Origin: Acidobacteriota bacterium
GTDB taxonomy: Bacteria > Acidobacteriota > UBA890 > WLXD01
NCBI GenBank assembly: GCA_965205505.1
Contig: CBDBHB010000009.1
Span: 2,272,001 to 2,336,000 of the forward strand
Length of the DNA: 64,000 nucleotides
Direction of reading: 5' to 3'
Part shown: in pieces, positions 19,948 through 28,736 of the stretch
Numbering within the stretch: the stretch's first letter is position 1
Layout of the letters: every line of letters begins with the position of its first letter
Made by a program: the position numbers and the translations under genes
Notes under the pieces: generated by a model
What the model was told of the DNA's origin: nothing
Database searches by the model: none
What the model saw: the letters and a program-made list of their open reading frames with translations, nothing else

Positions 19948-20948
19948 GGCTCGAGGCGGGCGTCCTGGGAATCTTGAATACCTTGTAGCCGCTCCCAGTT
20001 ATCTTCGAGGAGCTGCAACTCCTCGAGAAAGTCGACATCGATGCCGGCGCCGCCGTGTGCCACAGGCACAAGCCGGGTGCCTTTCTCGGCACGCAGTGCA
20101 CGAGCGCCATGTTGCTCGATCCGATGCCGTGTGACGAGCGACGATAACGCGTAGCGGAAGGTGCGCCCGAGGCGTCCGCGGATACCGCCCCGCCGTCCGA
20201 TCTTCTCCATCTCCTTGGCGACCGAGAGAATCAGCGTGTCGATCAGCGCGGCGGGAGCGCGCGTGCCGAGCCACGAGACGACGACGCGCAAGAGGCCGAG
20301 CAGGGCGCCAAGTTGTTCCTGCTTGCGCACGCCATAGATCTCATCCAGGAGGCGCAGCCGATGAAGCCGCGAGGGTATCGCCAGGTTCAAGCCGCTGGCC
20401 CGGCCGGACATCTCGCGCAGATGAAGACAGGTGCGCCGGAAGAACGGCATGTACTCGGCGTAGGCCTCTTGCAGGGCGACGCCGTGAAAGAAGTCGGCCT
20501 CGTCGACCTGCCAGCTACAGCTCGCCAAGAAGCTGCGAAGGGCGGCTGCCGTGGTCAACGGATGATCGCCGAAGAGCAGCAGAACGGGCTCATCGGGCTG
20601 CGGATCGATCTCCGTATAGGCCGCCGACAAGTTGGCTACCAGCGTGGCCCCGGGACGCTGCACCAACGGGCGGAAAGCGTAGCGTGATGGGATACGGCGC
20701 AACGAGTGCTCCGGAGCCAGGATCCACATGCGCCGCAGGCCGCATGCCTCGAGCGTATCGAGCAGATATTCGATCACCAGCCGACCACGTAAGCGTAGGA
20801 ACGCCTTGTTCTCGATCGGCACCTCAGGCTCGTTGCGTCGGAGTCGTTCGGCGCGCCGGCGTCGCCGTCGCTCGGAGACGGAGTTCGAGCCGGCCAACAC
20901 CAGGACCTTGAGGTCCGACGTGAACGGGGCGGGTATGTGGTCGACCAT
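19914..20948 (-). CDS. Nucleotidyltransferase-like (NTP_transf_3/MobA-like) protein
   Basis: VLVLAG, NKAFLRLRGRLVIEYLLDTL, LLLFGDHPL, C-terminal IDVD..EEL. Confidence 0.7.
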   Translation of the reverse strand: MVDHIPAPFTSDLKVLVLAGSNSVSERRRRRRAERLRRNEPEVPIENKAFLRLRGRLVIEYLLDTLEACGLRRMWILAPEHSLRRIPSRYAFRPLVQRPGATLVANLSAAYTEIDPQPDEPVLLLFGDHPLTTAAALRSFLASCSWQVDEADFFHGVALQEAYAEYMPFFRRTCLHLREMSGRASGLNLAIPSRLHRLRLLDEIYGVRKQEQLGALLGLLRVVVSWLGTRAPAALIDTLILSVAKEMEKIGRRGGIRGRLGRTFRYALSSLVTRHRIEQHGARALRAEKGTRLVPVAHGGAGIDVDFLEELQLLEDNWERLQGIQDSQDARLEPHGDLTWRSSR

Positions 20949-20986
20949 GTGGCGATTATAGCGTCGAAGCGAACAGCTGATGCTGC

Positions 20987-21264
20987 TAACAGGGTGCTGA
21001 AGAACTCTGGTGGGTCTGGCGCGTGGGTCTTGCTGGCGAGATCAAGGAAGAGGGACGATGGCGATGCCAGGGGGCATCGTCGAGGAGCTCTGACGCTGAG
21101 ATCGTCGGCAACCCCCACGCGCCCTACGGGTTACGGCGTCGTGGGGCCACCTGCGGCGTTGGCCCTCCTGGACGATACAACGAGCATCGCCTGCGTCGCG
21201 CTGCCTTGCATCTGGCCCCACGACGCCATAACCAGACCCACCAGAGTTTTTCAGCACCCTGTTA
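20987..21264. mobile_element. 278-bp highly structured MITE-like repeat
   Basis: 33-bp terminal inverted repeats (TAACAGGGTGCTGAA(G/A)AACTCTGGTGGGTCTGG, 1 mismatch) enclosing two further long internal inverted repeats; outer TA may be a target duplication. Confidence 0.8.
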
Positions 21265-22029
21265 AGGCTCCGGCTGGCGCGCCGTCGGTCTGATCGGCGC
21301 TCGCTGTGCCAGCACCTCGCGCGTATAGGACGGTGCGGCCTGGATCTCGCAAGCGGCGAAGCGCGACAGCATCAGGCGGATCTCGGCGTCCACCCAGTTG
21401 GTCGGCAGCCTCCGCGGCACCGCTGCGGAGGTGACCTGCAGGCTCTGCCGGTCGACGATCTGGTACTGGCGCCGAGTGTCGAGCCGCCCGTCGGAATCCA
21501 GGAAGACCGCGTGCATGAGGCCGGAACGGCAGAGCAGTCGATGGCATTCGCGGGCGAACTGGCGGGCGAGCACGAACGGCAGCCGCGAGAGCACGTTCCA
21601 TGAACAGATCGCCGAGTAGCTACCGTCCTCGAAAGGTAGCCGCTGCTGGCGGAGGGTGTCGGTCGAGAGCGTCAAAGGCGTGATCTCGAGTGGTCCGAGT
21701 CGTCGGGCCTCACGCGTGAACAGATCGTAGCAGCTGACGTCGAACCCTCGACGGGCCCAGAACTGGATGTTCTCGTTGTTCGTGGGCCCGAGATCGAGGA
21801 TGCGAGCCGGGGCAGCCGAGGCATCCAGCGCTCCGGTCATTCGCCACAGCAGATTCGAAGGATACGCGCGGTTGGGGAGCAGGTCATCCTCGGAGCGCTC
21901 CGCAACGTCCAACGTCGCGGTCGCGAAGTCACGCGTACGGAGGTCGCGCGGGCCCTTCACATCGACGGAATCGGCCACCGTCAGCGGCCCGCCACGCTCG
22001 ACGTCGATGGGCCGTCGGGCGCAGCCCAC
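21262..22029 (-). CDS. Class I SAM-dependent methyltransferase-like protein (start uncertain)
   Basis: ILDLGP motif I, LPFEDGSYSAICSWNVL, ECHRLL..SGL; its TAA stop lies in the repeat's terminal inverted repeat. Confidence 0.7.
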   Translation of the reverse strand: MGCARRPIDVERGGPLTVADSVDVKGPRDLRTRDFATATLDVAERSEDDLLPNRAYPSNLLWRMTGALDASAAPARILDLGPTNNENIQFWARRGFDVSCYDLFTREARRLGPLEITPLTLSTDTLRQQRLPFEDGSYSAICSWNVLSRLPFVLARQFARECHRLLCRSGLMHAVFLDSDGRLDTRRQYQIVDRQSLQVTSAAVPRRLPTNWVDAEIRLMLSRFAACEIQAAPSYTREVLAQRAPIRPTARQPEP

Positions 22030-22148
22030 ACCATCATGCCGGTCAGCAGTAGTGTCGGAACCGCAGCCGCGGCGCCTCGCGCGTTACCCCCGCGCTGAGC
22101 CATCCCCCTCATGCGATCAAGGATACCAGCCGACGTACTGTTGGTCGC

Positions 22149-22907
22149 TCAGCGCTCTCGCGGAATCGCAGTGTCCATACCGAAGAGGTCTTGGAGCGCG
22201 GCCACCTCTTCGGGGAGGAGCCGGAAGGCCTCGTGTTCTCCGGCGAGCCACTCGCGGAGGTCGAACGACTCGCGCATCAGACCGGAGTCCGAATGATTCA
22301 GTTTGTTGAGCAGAATATGGACCATCTCGTGAGCTGCGGCGCGAGCGACGACGAGCGGCGCCAACGCTGGCAAGAAGGTGCCGCACTCGGCAGGCGCGAG
22401 TAACTCGATCGCCGCATCGGGCTCCAGGCCGGTGGCTTCTGCCTGGGCGCGCGCGCGCGTCGCCTCCCGACATCGCAGAACGGCTTGTTGGCGGAACCAT
22501 AGCGCCTGGCGATAGAAAACGAAGCAGTTGCGGCCGACGCCGGTATCATCGTGCGGCGCCAAGCCGATCACGTTCGACGGACCGTGGAACCACCGGGTGC
22601 CGTCGGAGGCCAGGATCAGGAAGCGCAGCTCGCCCGGCTGCAATCGGCGGCGCGGCGAGTCGTCGAGCACCCAACGCATTTCGAGACCCGCCTGCGAGCG
22701 AAATACCGCCTCGATCTCCGTCTGGATCGTCGCCAGCTCGTCGCGCGAGATCAGTTGATGGTCGATCAGGTAGACCACAAGGTCGCCCGTTGCGCCTTGT
22801 TCCTCGGGCTCTGCCGCGAGCGTCGCCGGAGCACCGCCGATGAGGAGGAGCACCGCCAGAGCCCCACACAAAGCCTGTGCACCGAGTGTCGTGGAGTTCT
22901 TGTACAT
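22149..22907 (-). CDS. Exported hypothetical protein with HExxH..H zincin-like motif
   Basis: Signal peptide from ATG 22907; AAAHEMVHILLNKLNHSDSGLMR. Confidence 0.7.
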   Translation of the reverse strand: MYKNSTTLGAQALCGALAVLLLIGGAPATLAAEPEEQGATGDLVVYLIDHQLISRDELATIQTEIEAVFRSQAGLEMRWVLDDSPRRRLQPGELRFLILASDGTRWFHGPSNVIGLAPHDDTGVGRNCFVFYRQALWFRQQAVLRCREATRARAQAEATGLEPDAAIELLAPAECGTFLPALAPLVVARAAAHEMVHILLNKLNHSDSGLMRESFDLREWLAGEHEAFRLLPEEVAALQDLFGMDTAIPRER

Positions 22908-23025
22908 AGCTATTCGCGGTTGCTGAGAGAGGAAGGATCGACAGCATGCCACTATAACATTCGACAAGTCGGGATGGCCGAAGTCGCGATGCGACCGCCA
23001 GTGAACTGGATCACGTGGAGCCGCA

Positions 23026-23400
23026 ATGAAGCTAGACCTACATGCCTACGACGCTGCCACGTTCGACTGCTACGGTACGCTGATCGACTGGGAAACCGGC
23101 ATCTCCGAGGCGCTCGGGCGCCTGTTCCGTCGCAAGAGTCCGGAGGTCGACGATCGGGCGCTGCTGCTTGAACGCGTCGGCCTTCCGCGCGAGCGCATTC
23201 TGCATGTGGCGCAGAGCCTTTTTCACGATGTCGCGCCGGCTCGCAGACTCGGATTCTCGACGGTCTGGGTGAATCGCCGCGGCGGTCGCCCAGGCGGAAT
23301 CACGCCGGTAGGGGATGCTGTCCCACATCTGGAGGTACCCGACCTGGCCACCCTTGCCGATCTAGCCGACGACGGAAACCCCATCGGACTCCCACACTAG
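23026..23400 (+). pseudogene. HAD-family (haloacid dehalogenase type II-like) gene with large in-frame internal deletion
   Basis: Motif I TFDCYGTLIDWETGI joined after about 45 aa directly to C-terminal ILHVAQSLFHDVAPARRLG..VWVNR; only 124 aa, roughly half the usual length. Confidence 0.7.
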
Positions 23401-23754
23401 CTGGTGGTCACCGCGAATGCCGTTGTGGATGGCCCCCTCGATGATTTCCACACCCTTGCCCTGCACCAGCGCCCGGAACGCACCGGGGTCGGCGATGGCG
23501 TTGTCGCTCAGCACGTCACGGGTGATCTGCAGTCGCAGCGCAAACGCCGCACCGTCGTCGCCGGTAACGTGAAAAGCGCACAGTGCCTCGTCGTGCTTGT
23601 CGCCCTCGGTCGGTGGATCCCAGTCCGGGAGGTCAAGACGTATGCGAAAGGTCTGCTGTGTAGCGCCGTCGACGAAGATCCACGGCAGCCGCGGGGGTTT
23701 CTTCAACGTGGTCGGGTCCCTATGGTGTCGGTTACTTGACGCGTCGAGGCGCAC
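23362..23754 (-). CDS. Hypothetical protein
   Basis: 130-aa ORF with protein-like composition filling the gap between flanking genes; no motif recognised. Confidence 0.5.
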   Translation of the reverse strand: MRLDASSNRHHRDPTTLKKPPRLPWIFVDGATQQTFRIRLDLPDWDPPTEGDKHDEALCAFHVTGDDGAAFALRLQITRDVLSDNAIADPGAFRALVQGKGVEIIEGAIHNGIRGDHQLVWESDGVSVVG

Positions 23755-23916
23755 GGCCTGCTAGCAGGCCGTGGTGAAAGTGTGGCGGGCCTGGCGACAG
23801 GGTCTTGCGAGGGGGAGGCGCCTAGACTATCACCGTGTCGGAGGTGGCGCGGCATTCGGAGCGCCGTCGCTGGCGAGCGCCTCATCAGCAGCGAATGGGC
23901 GCCGGTCGCGACGCTC

Positions 23917-25191
23917 TCATGCAGCCCGAATCAGCCGTACGATGGCGCCAAAGGTGGGGCGCTTACCCGACATCAGAAGGGTGAACCGGAACATCTTGGC
24001 GGCCACCCATACCAGCGCCAACGTGGCGGCCAGCAGCAGCAGGATGCCCAGCCAGATCTCCCATAATGGCGGTCGCAGCACGTTAATGCGTGCCAGCATC
24101 ACCAACGGCGTGGCGGGTGGGAACAGCGAGATCAGTCGGGTGACCAGGGTTGCCGGGTTGGTGATCGCATAGAACACGAACATCAGGCTCAGCACCATCG
24201 GCATGACCAGCGGGAAGGCGATTTGCTGGAGCTCTTCCGACGACGTGCAAGTCGACGCCGCGGCTGCTTAGATCACCGAATAGAACGTGTAGCCGAGCAG
24301 GTACAAAACGGCGAAGTAGAACAGCAGGGTCGGGTCGAGGAACTCCATCAGGTCGGTGCCCTGCATGGCCGCGCCGACCGCCAACGCCGGCAGGATGAAC
24401 AGCCCTACGAGCATCGACAGCAGGACCCATATTGCCAGCTGTAACAGGCTCGCGGCGAGTACACCGAGGATCTTGCCGGAGATGAACTCGGTCGAGGTAA
24501 CGGCGCCGAGAATGAGCTCGATCAGCCGGGTCGACTTCTCCTCGATGATCGAGTTGCCCATTTGTTGCCCGCCGATCAACAGGGTGATGTACAGCAGCAT
24601 TGCCAGCACGAAAGTGCTCATGTAGGCACGCAGGAAACCGCCCTCTTCTTCGCCCTCGGCGGAAACCGTGATGGCCTCCAGGTCCCATGAAACGAGAGCG
24701 TTGACACGATCCGACTGCAAGCCGCTGCCTTGCAGATAGTCTTCCAACGCGACCCGCCGAACGGCTCGTTCCAACGCGCTCGTGATTACGATGTTGCCTG
24801 TTGCGCGCGCGTAGTAACGTCCCCGGATGCCGAGCTCATCGTCGGGCTCCAGGAGCAGGTAGCCGTCAAGGCTCTCATCGACGATCTGCTCCTGCAGCGA
24901 CGTGCGCGCCACCGCCGCCTCGCTCTCGGATAACGACCGCACCGCGATGATCTCGAGCGTGAAGTCGTCGATCTCGCGGAGGCGATCGGCAATCTGCGTG
25001 CCGCTCCCAGTACCGACGTCGGCGACGACGATCCGGAGCTGCTCCACGTCTGCCCGCGCCAACAGGTTGGGAATGAACACCCACATGCTCATGAAGAAAG
25101 GTACCAACAGCGTCCCGACGATGAACCACTTGTTGCGCACCTTGGCGATGAACTCGCGCCGGGCGATGTTGATCACCTGCGTGGCGCTCAT
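23917..25191 (-). pseudogene. ABC-2 permease (NatB/YhaP-like) interrupted by one in-frame TAA at 24268-24270
   Basis: ARREF..VR.K.FIV, IIEEKSTRLIELIL, GKILG; reading through the stop gives YSVI*AAAASTCTSSEELQQIAFPLVMP...PPATPLVMLAR in the same frame. Confidence 0.8.
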
Positions 25192-26159
25192 GATGTATCT
25201 GCCTCGCGCACCAGCTCGCCCTCGTCGGTCAGCACCATGTGCGCGTGGTCGTCGGTGCCGGGTCCGACCTTGTCGAGGAAGATCTCCTCCATCGACGGTT
25301 GTTCGGCGCTGAACGACCGCAGCGTGACGCGATCGAGCAGTTCCCGAAGCAGCCCCTGCGTGTCCGCTCCCGTCTGCATCTCCAGTCGTGCCGATTGCCC
25401 GGAATCATTCACCTTGGCCACGCCTGGCAGGTCGCTGAGCGCGCTGCTGGGCCCGTCGTACTGGATGGCCAACGTGTTGCGCCCGTGGGCTGCTCGCACG
25501 TCGCTCAGCGCTCCGTCGAGCACCAGATTGCCGCGATGAATGACGGCAACGAAGTCGCACATGGCCTCCACCTGCTCCATGCGGTGCGACGACAGGATGA
25601 CGGTGCAGCCGCGCTCACTCTGCTCCAAGATCAACTCTTTCAGCAGCCGTGAGTTCAGCGGATCGAGCCCCGTGAACGGCTCGTGGAGTACCAATAGCTC
25701 AGGCTCATGAATAACCGCGGCGGCGAACTGCACTTTCTGCTGCATCCCCTTGGAAAGCTCGTTGGTCGTCGACTTGGCGCGGTCACCGAGATCGAGGCGC
25801 TCGAGCCATGCTGCGGCGCGCCGATTCGCCTCGCCGCGACGCAAGCCGCGGATGGTTCCCAGGAACGCGAGTTGTTCCTTCACCTGCATCTTCGGATAGA
25901 GGCCGCGCTCCTCGGGCAAGTACCCGACGCGATAACGAACCTCGAGCGGGTCTCTTGCCCCGAGCAACCGAACCTCGCCCCGGTCCGGCACGTAGATACC
26001 CAGGCAAGTGCGGATCGTCGTGGTCTTGCCGGAGCCGTTGGGTCCCATGAGCCCGAAGACGCTGCCGGCAGGCACTTCCAGGTCGAGAGAGTTGACGGCG
26101 GCGACACCGTCGAACTGCTTGACCAGGCCGATCGTCCGCAGTGCGGGAGGGTCACTCAT
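25188..26159 (-). CDS. ABC transporter ATP-binding protein (NatA/YhaG-like); Walker B reads LHEP instead of LDEP
   Basis: GPNGSGKT, GYLPEERGLY, LSKGMQQKVQF, SSHRMEQVE, PSMEEIF. Confidence 0.92.
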   Translation of the reverse strand: MSDPPALRTIGLVKQFDGVAAVNSLDLEVPAGSVFGLMGPNGSGKTTTIRTCLGIYVPDRGEVRLLGARDPLEVRYRVGYLPEERGLYPKMQVKEQLAFLGTIRGLRRGEANRRAAAWLERLDLGDRAKSTTNELSKGMQQKVQFAAAVIHEPELLVLHEPFTGLDPLNSRLLKELILEQSERGCTVILSSHRMEQVEAMCDFVAVIHRGNLVLDGALSDVRAAHGRNTLAIQYDGPSSALSDLPGVAKVNDSGQSARLEMQTGADTQGLLRELLDRVTLRSFSAEQPSMEEIFLDKVGPGTDDHAHMVLTDEGELVREADTS

Positions 26160-26322
26160 GGGCGGACGGTAGCGTCGCCCGTCGGCGCCTACAAGCCAGC
26201 TTCGCTTGGCCGGCCGTACTCACCGCTGGGCGGTTTATGGCGAGGTCCAAGCGGCCAACGGAGAGATGGCCGGAGATGCTGCGCGTTGCATCCCCGGCCA
26301 GTGCTGTTTGGAAGCCGCGATC

Positions 26323-26937
26323 TCAGCCGCTGGCTTGCGCGCGAAGGCGCTCGACCTCGTCCCAGTTGACGACGTTCCAGAAGGCGGCAATGTAGTCGGG
26401 TCGTCGATTCTGATAGTTGAGGTAGTACGCGTGCTCCCACACGTCCAAGCCCAGGATGGGTGTATGTCCCTGCATGTGGGGAGAATCCTGATTGGCGGTC
26501 GAATAGCACTGCAGCGCACCGTCGCCGTCGACTACAAGCCAGGCCCAGCCGCTGCCGAAGCGCGTCGCACCGGCCTTTGCGAACGCATTCTTGAAAGCGT
26601 CGAAGCTACCGAAAGCCGCGCCGATTGCCGCGCCCAGCTCGCCGCCCGGCTCGCCGCCGCCATCGGGGGACATGATCGACCAGAACAGCGAGTGGTTGGC
26701 GTGGCCGCCGCCGTGATTGCGAACGGCGCCACGGGCGCCCTCGGGGGCCGCGTCGATGTTGCCTAGCAGCTCCGGTAGGCTCATTGCCTGCAGGCTGTCC
26801 TGCCCCTCTAGTGCGCCGTTGAGGCCGGCGACGTAGGCAGCGTGGTGCTTGTCGTGGTGGATTTCCATCGTTCGTTCGTCGATGTGTGGCTCGAGCGCAT
26901 TGAAAGCGTAGGCCAGGTCAGGTACTTCGTGGGCCAT
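26323..26937 (-). CDS. sodA: Superoxide dismutase, Mn/Fe family (Mn-type signature)
   Basis: [51 protein letters not shown]; GGAGG RBS before ATG 26937. Confidence 0.95.
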   Translation of the reverse strand: MAHEVPDLAYAFNALEPHIDERTMEIHHDKHHAAYVAGLNGALEGQDSLQAMSLPELLGNIDAAPEGARGAVRNHGGGHANHSLFWSIMSPDGGGEPGGELGAAIGAAFGSFDAFKNAFAKAGATRFGSGWAWLVVDGDGALQCYSTANQDSPHMQGHTPILGLDVWEHAYYLNYQNRRPDYIAAFWNVVNWDEVERLRAQASG

Positions 26938-27053
26938 TGAGGTTTCCTCCGTCAAGAAACGCGTGGGAACAGCGCTCCGGGTCAGCTGAACCTTCGACCT
27001 CTGGCTCCAGAGCAACAATCTGGCATCGTCTCATATCCGCACGCTAGCGGCGA

Positions 27054-28736
27054 TCAGCGATTCAGGGATGCTGCGCGAGCGGCGCCGAACTCCGATCCCT
27101 CCGACCACACAGGCCAGTCGGTGCCCTCGCTGAGGTTGAAGCCGACGGTGAAGAGGGCGCGCAGGTCTGCCTCGGCTCCGGCCAAATTCCACGTCGAATC
27201 GAACTCGTCGCTCGGGCGATGGTAGCGCAGCGCTGCGTACTGCCGCCGAACCAGGTCTGAGTAGTCTGCGGGCCGGTCCACGAAGCGCACCCCGGCGTCG
27301 ATATACAACGCCGGAATACCGATCTTCGCGAGCGGAAAGTGGTCGGATCGATAGTAGAAGCCCTTGGCGGGTTCGGGGTCGGGGCTAAGCGTGCGCCCGT
27401 GCGGCTCGATGGCTTGCCGCAAGACTTCGTCGAGCTGCGAGTTTCCCAGGCCGATCACCGTGATGTCCTCGGTCGGCCCCCAGATATTGAGCCCGTCCAT
27501 GTTGATCGCCGCCACTGTGTTGCGAGGCGGCACGATCGGGTTGGCGGCGTAGTACGCCGCGCCGAGGAGGCCCTTCTCCTCCAATGTCGTCGCCACGAAG
27601 AGGTGCGAGCGGCGTGTCGCCCGTTGTAGCGACGCGTAGGCTTCGGCAACTTCAAGCAGCCCGGCCACCCCGGTAGCGTTGTCGAGCGCGCCGTTGTAGA
27701 TCCCGTCGCCCGCGATGCCGGCATCCTCACCCAGGTGGTCCCAATGCGCCGTCCACAGGATGTACTCGTCGGCGGCGGTGACATGGCGTCCGCGTAACCG
27801 CCCGACGACGTTATGGGAGGCAATACGGCGCAGGTTGTTGTCGAGATGGATCGTCGCGGTCGCGCCCAGGTCTACGGGCTCGAAATCGGCACTGGCTGCC
27901 GCAGCAATCGACACCGTCAGGCTGAGTCCGGCGGCGCTGAATAGCTCATCGGCGGCGCGCTGCGAGACCCAGCCCTCGAAGCGCGATGGTGCCGGCTGGT
28001 CCGCCGGTGTCGGTAAGCTGAACTGCGGGCCTGTCCATGAGCTGCGCACCACATCCCAGCCATAGCCGGCGCCTTCCGTATCGTGGACAATGATCGCGCC
28101 GGCAGCGCCTTGCCGTGCCGCCTCCTCGTACTTGTAGGTCCAGCGCCCGTAGTACGTCATGGCGTCGTCGCCGAACTTGCCGGGTACCGGTGGGTCATTC
28201 ACCAACACCACCACCACGGCGCCCCGCACGTCGCGCTTGTAGTCGTTCCAGTGCTCTTCGGGCGCCACTACGCCGTACCCAACGAATACCAACGGTGCTG
28301 CTAAATCGATGGAGGGCTCCTCGTGAAGGGTCCAGGCGACGAAGTCGTCACCGTAGGTCAACTCGTCGAGCTGAGCCTGCGGAGCGACCCCGCCACTCCG
28401 CGGCATGCGGAGCGCGGCGGTGGCTGCGTCGACGGTAATCTCGGCCACCGGAACACGCTGCAACCAGGTGCGATTGCCGTCCGCATCGGCATCGCCGAAG
28501 GGCTCGACCCCGATCCGGTCGAGCTCGCCTTGAAGAAAGCCGATGGTGGTCGCTTCCCCTCGACCTCCCGGACCTCGGCCTGCGAAGTCGTCCGAAGCCA
28601 GCGTCCGCGTCAGGCGGGAGATGTCGGCCGCGGTGATTGTGGCCGAGGCACGATCGGCGTCGGGCGCCCCACACGCTCCGACGAGCAAAGGCAGGGCTGC
28701 CGCCAGCAGAGCCCGGCGGCGGGCTGTCGGGCTCAT
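27054..28736 (-). CDS. M28 family peptidase with PA domain, lipoprotein
   Basis: Lipobox LVGAC; YYGRWTYKYEEAARQGA, TAHWDHLG, NGALDNATG, EEKGLLG, NMD, YYRSDHF, YH.PSD. Confidence 0.93.
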   Translation of the reverse strand: MSPTARRRALLAAALPLLVGACGAPDADRASATITAADISRLTRTLASDDFAGRGPGGRGEATTIGFLQGELDRIGVEPFGDADADGNRTWLQRVPVAEITVDAATAALRMPRSGGVAPQAQLDELTYGDDFVAWTLHEEPSIDLAAPLVFVGYGVVAPEEHWNDYKRDVRGAVVVVLVNDPPVPGKFGDDAMTYYGRWTYKYEEAARQGAAGAIIVHDTEGAGYGWDVVRSSWTGPQFSLPTPADQPAPSRFEGWVSQRAADELFSAAGLSLTVSIAAAASADFEPVDLGATATIHLDNNLRRIASHNVVGRLRGRHVTAADEYILWTAHWDHLGEDAGIAGDGIYNGALDNATGVAGLLEVAEAYASLQRATRRSHLFVATTLEEKGLLGAAYYAANPIVPPRNTVAAINMDGLNIWGPTEDITVIGLGNSQLDEVLRQAIEPHGRTLSPDPEPAKGFYYRSDHFPLAKIGIPALYIDAGVRFVDRPADYSDLVRRQYAALRYHRPSDEFDSTWNLAGAEADLRALFTVGFNLSEGTDWPVWSEGSEFGAARAASLNR

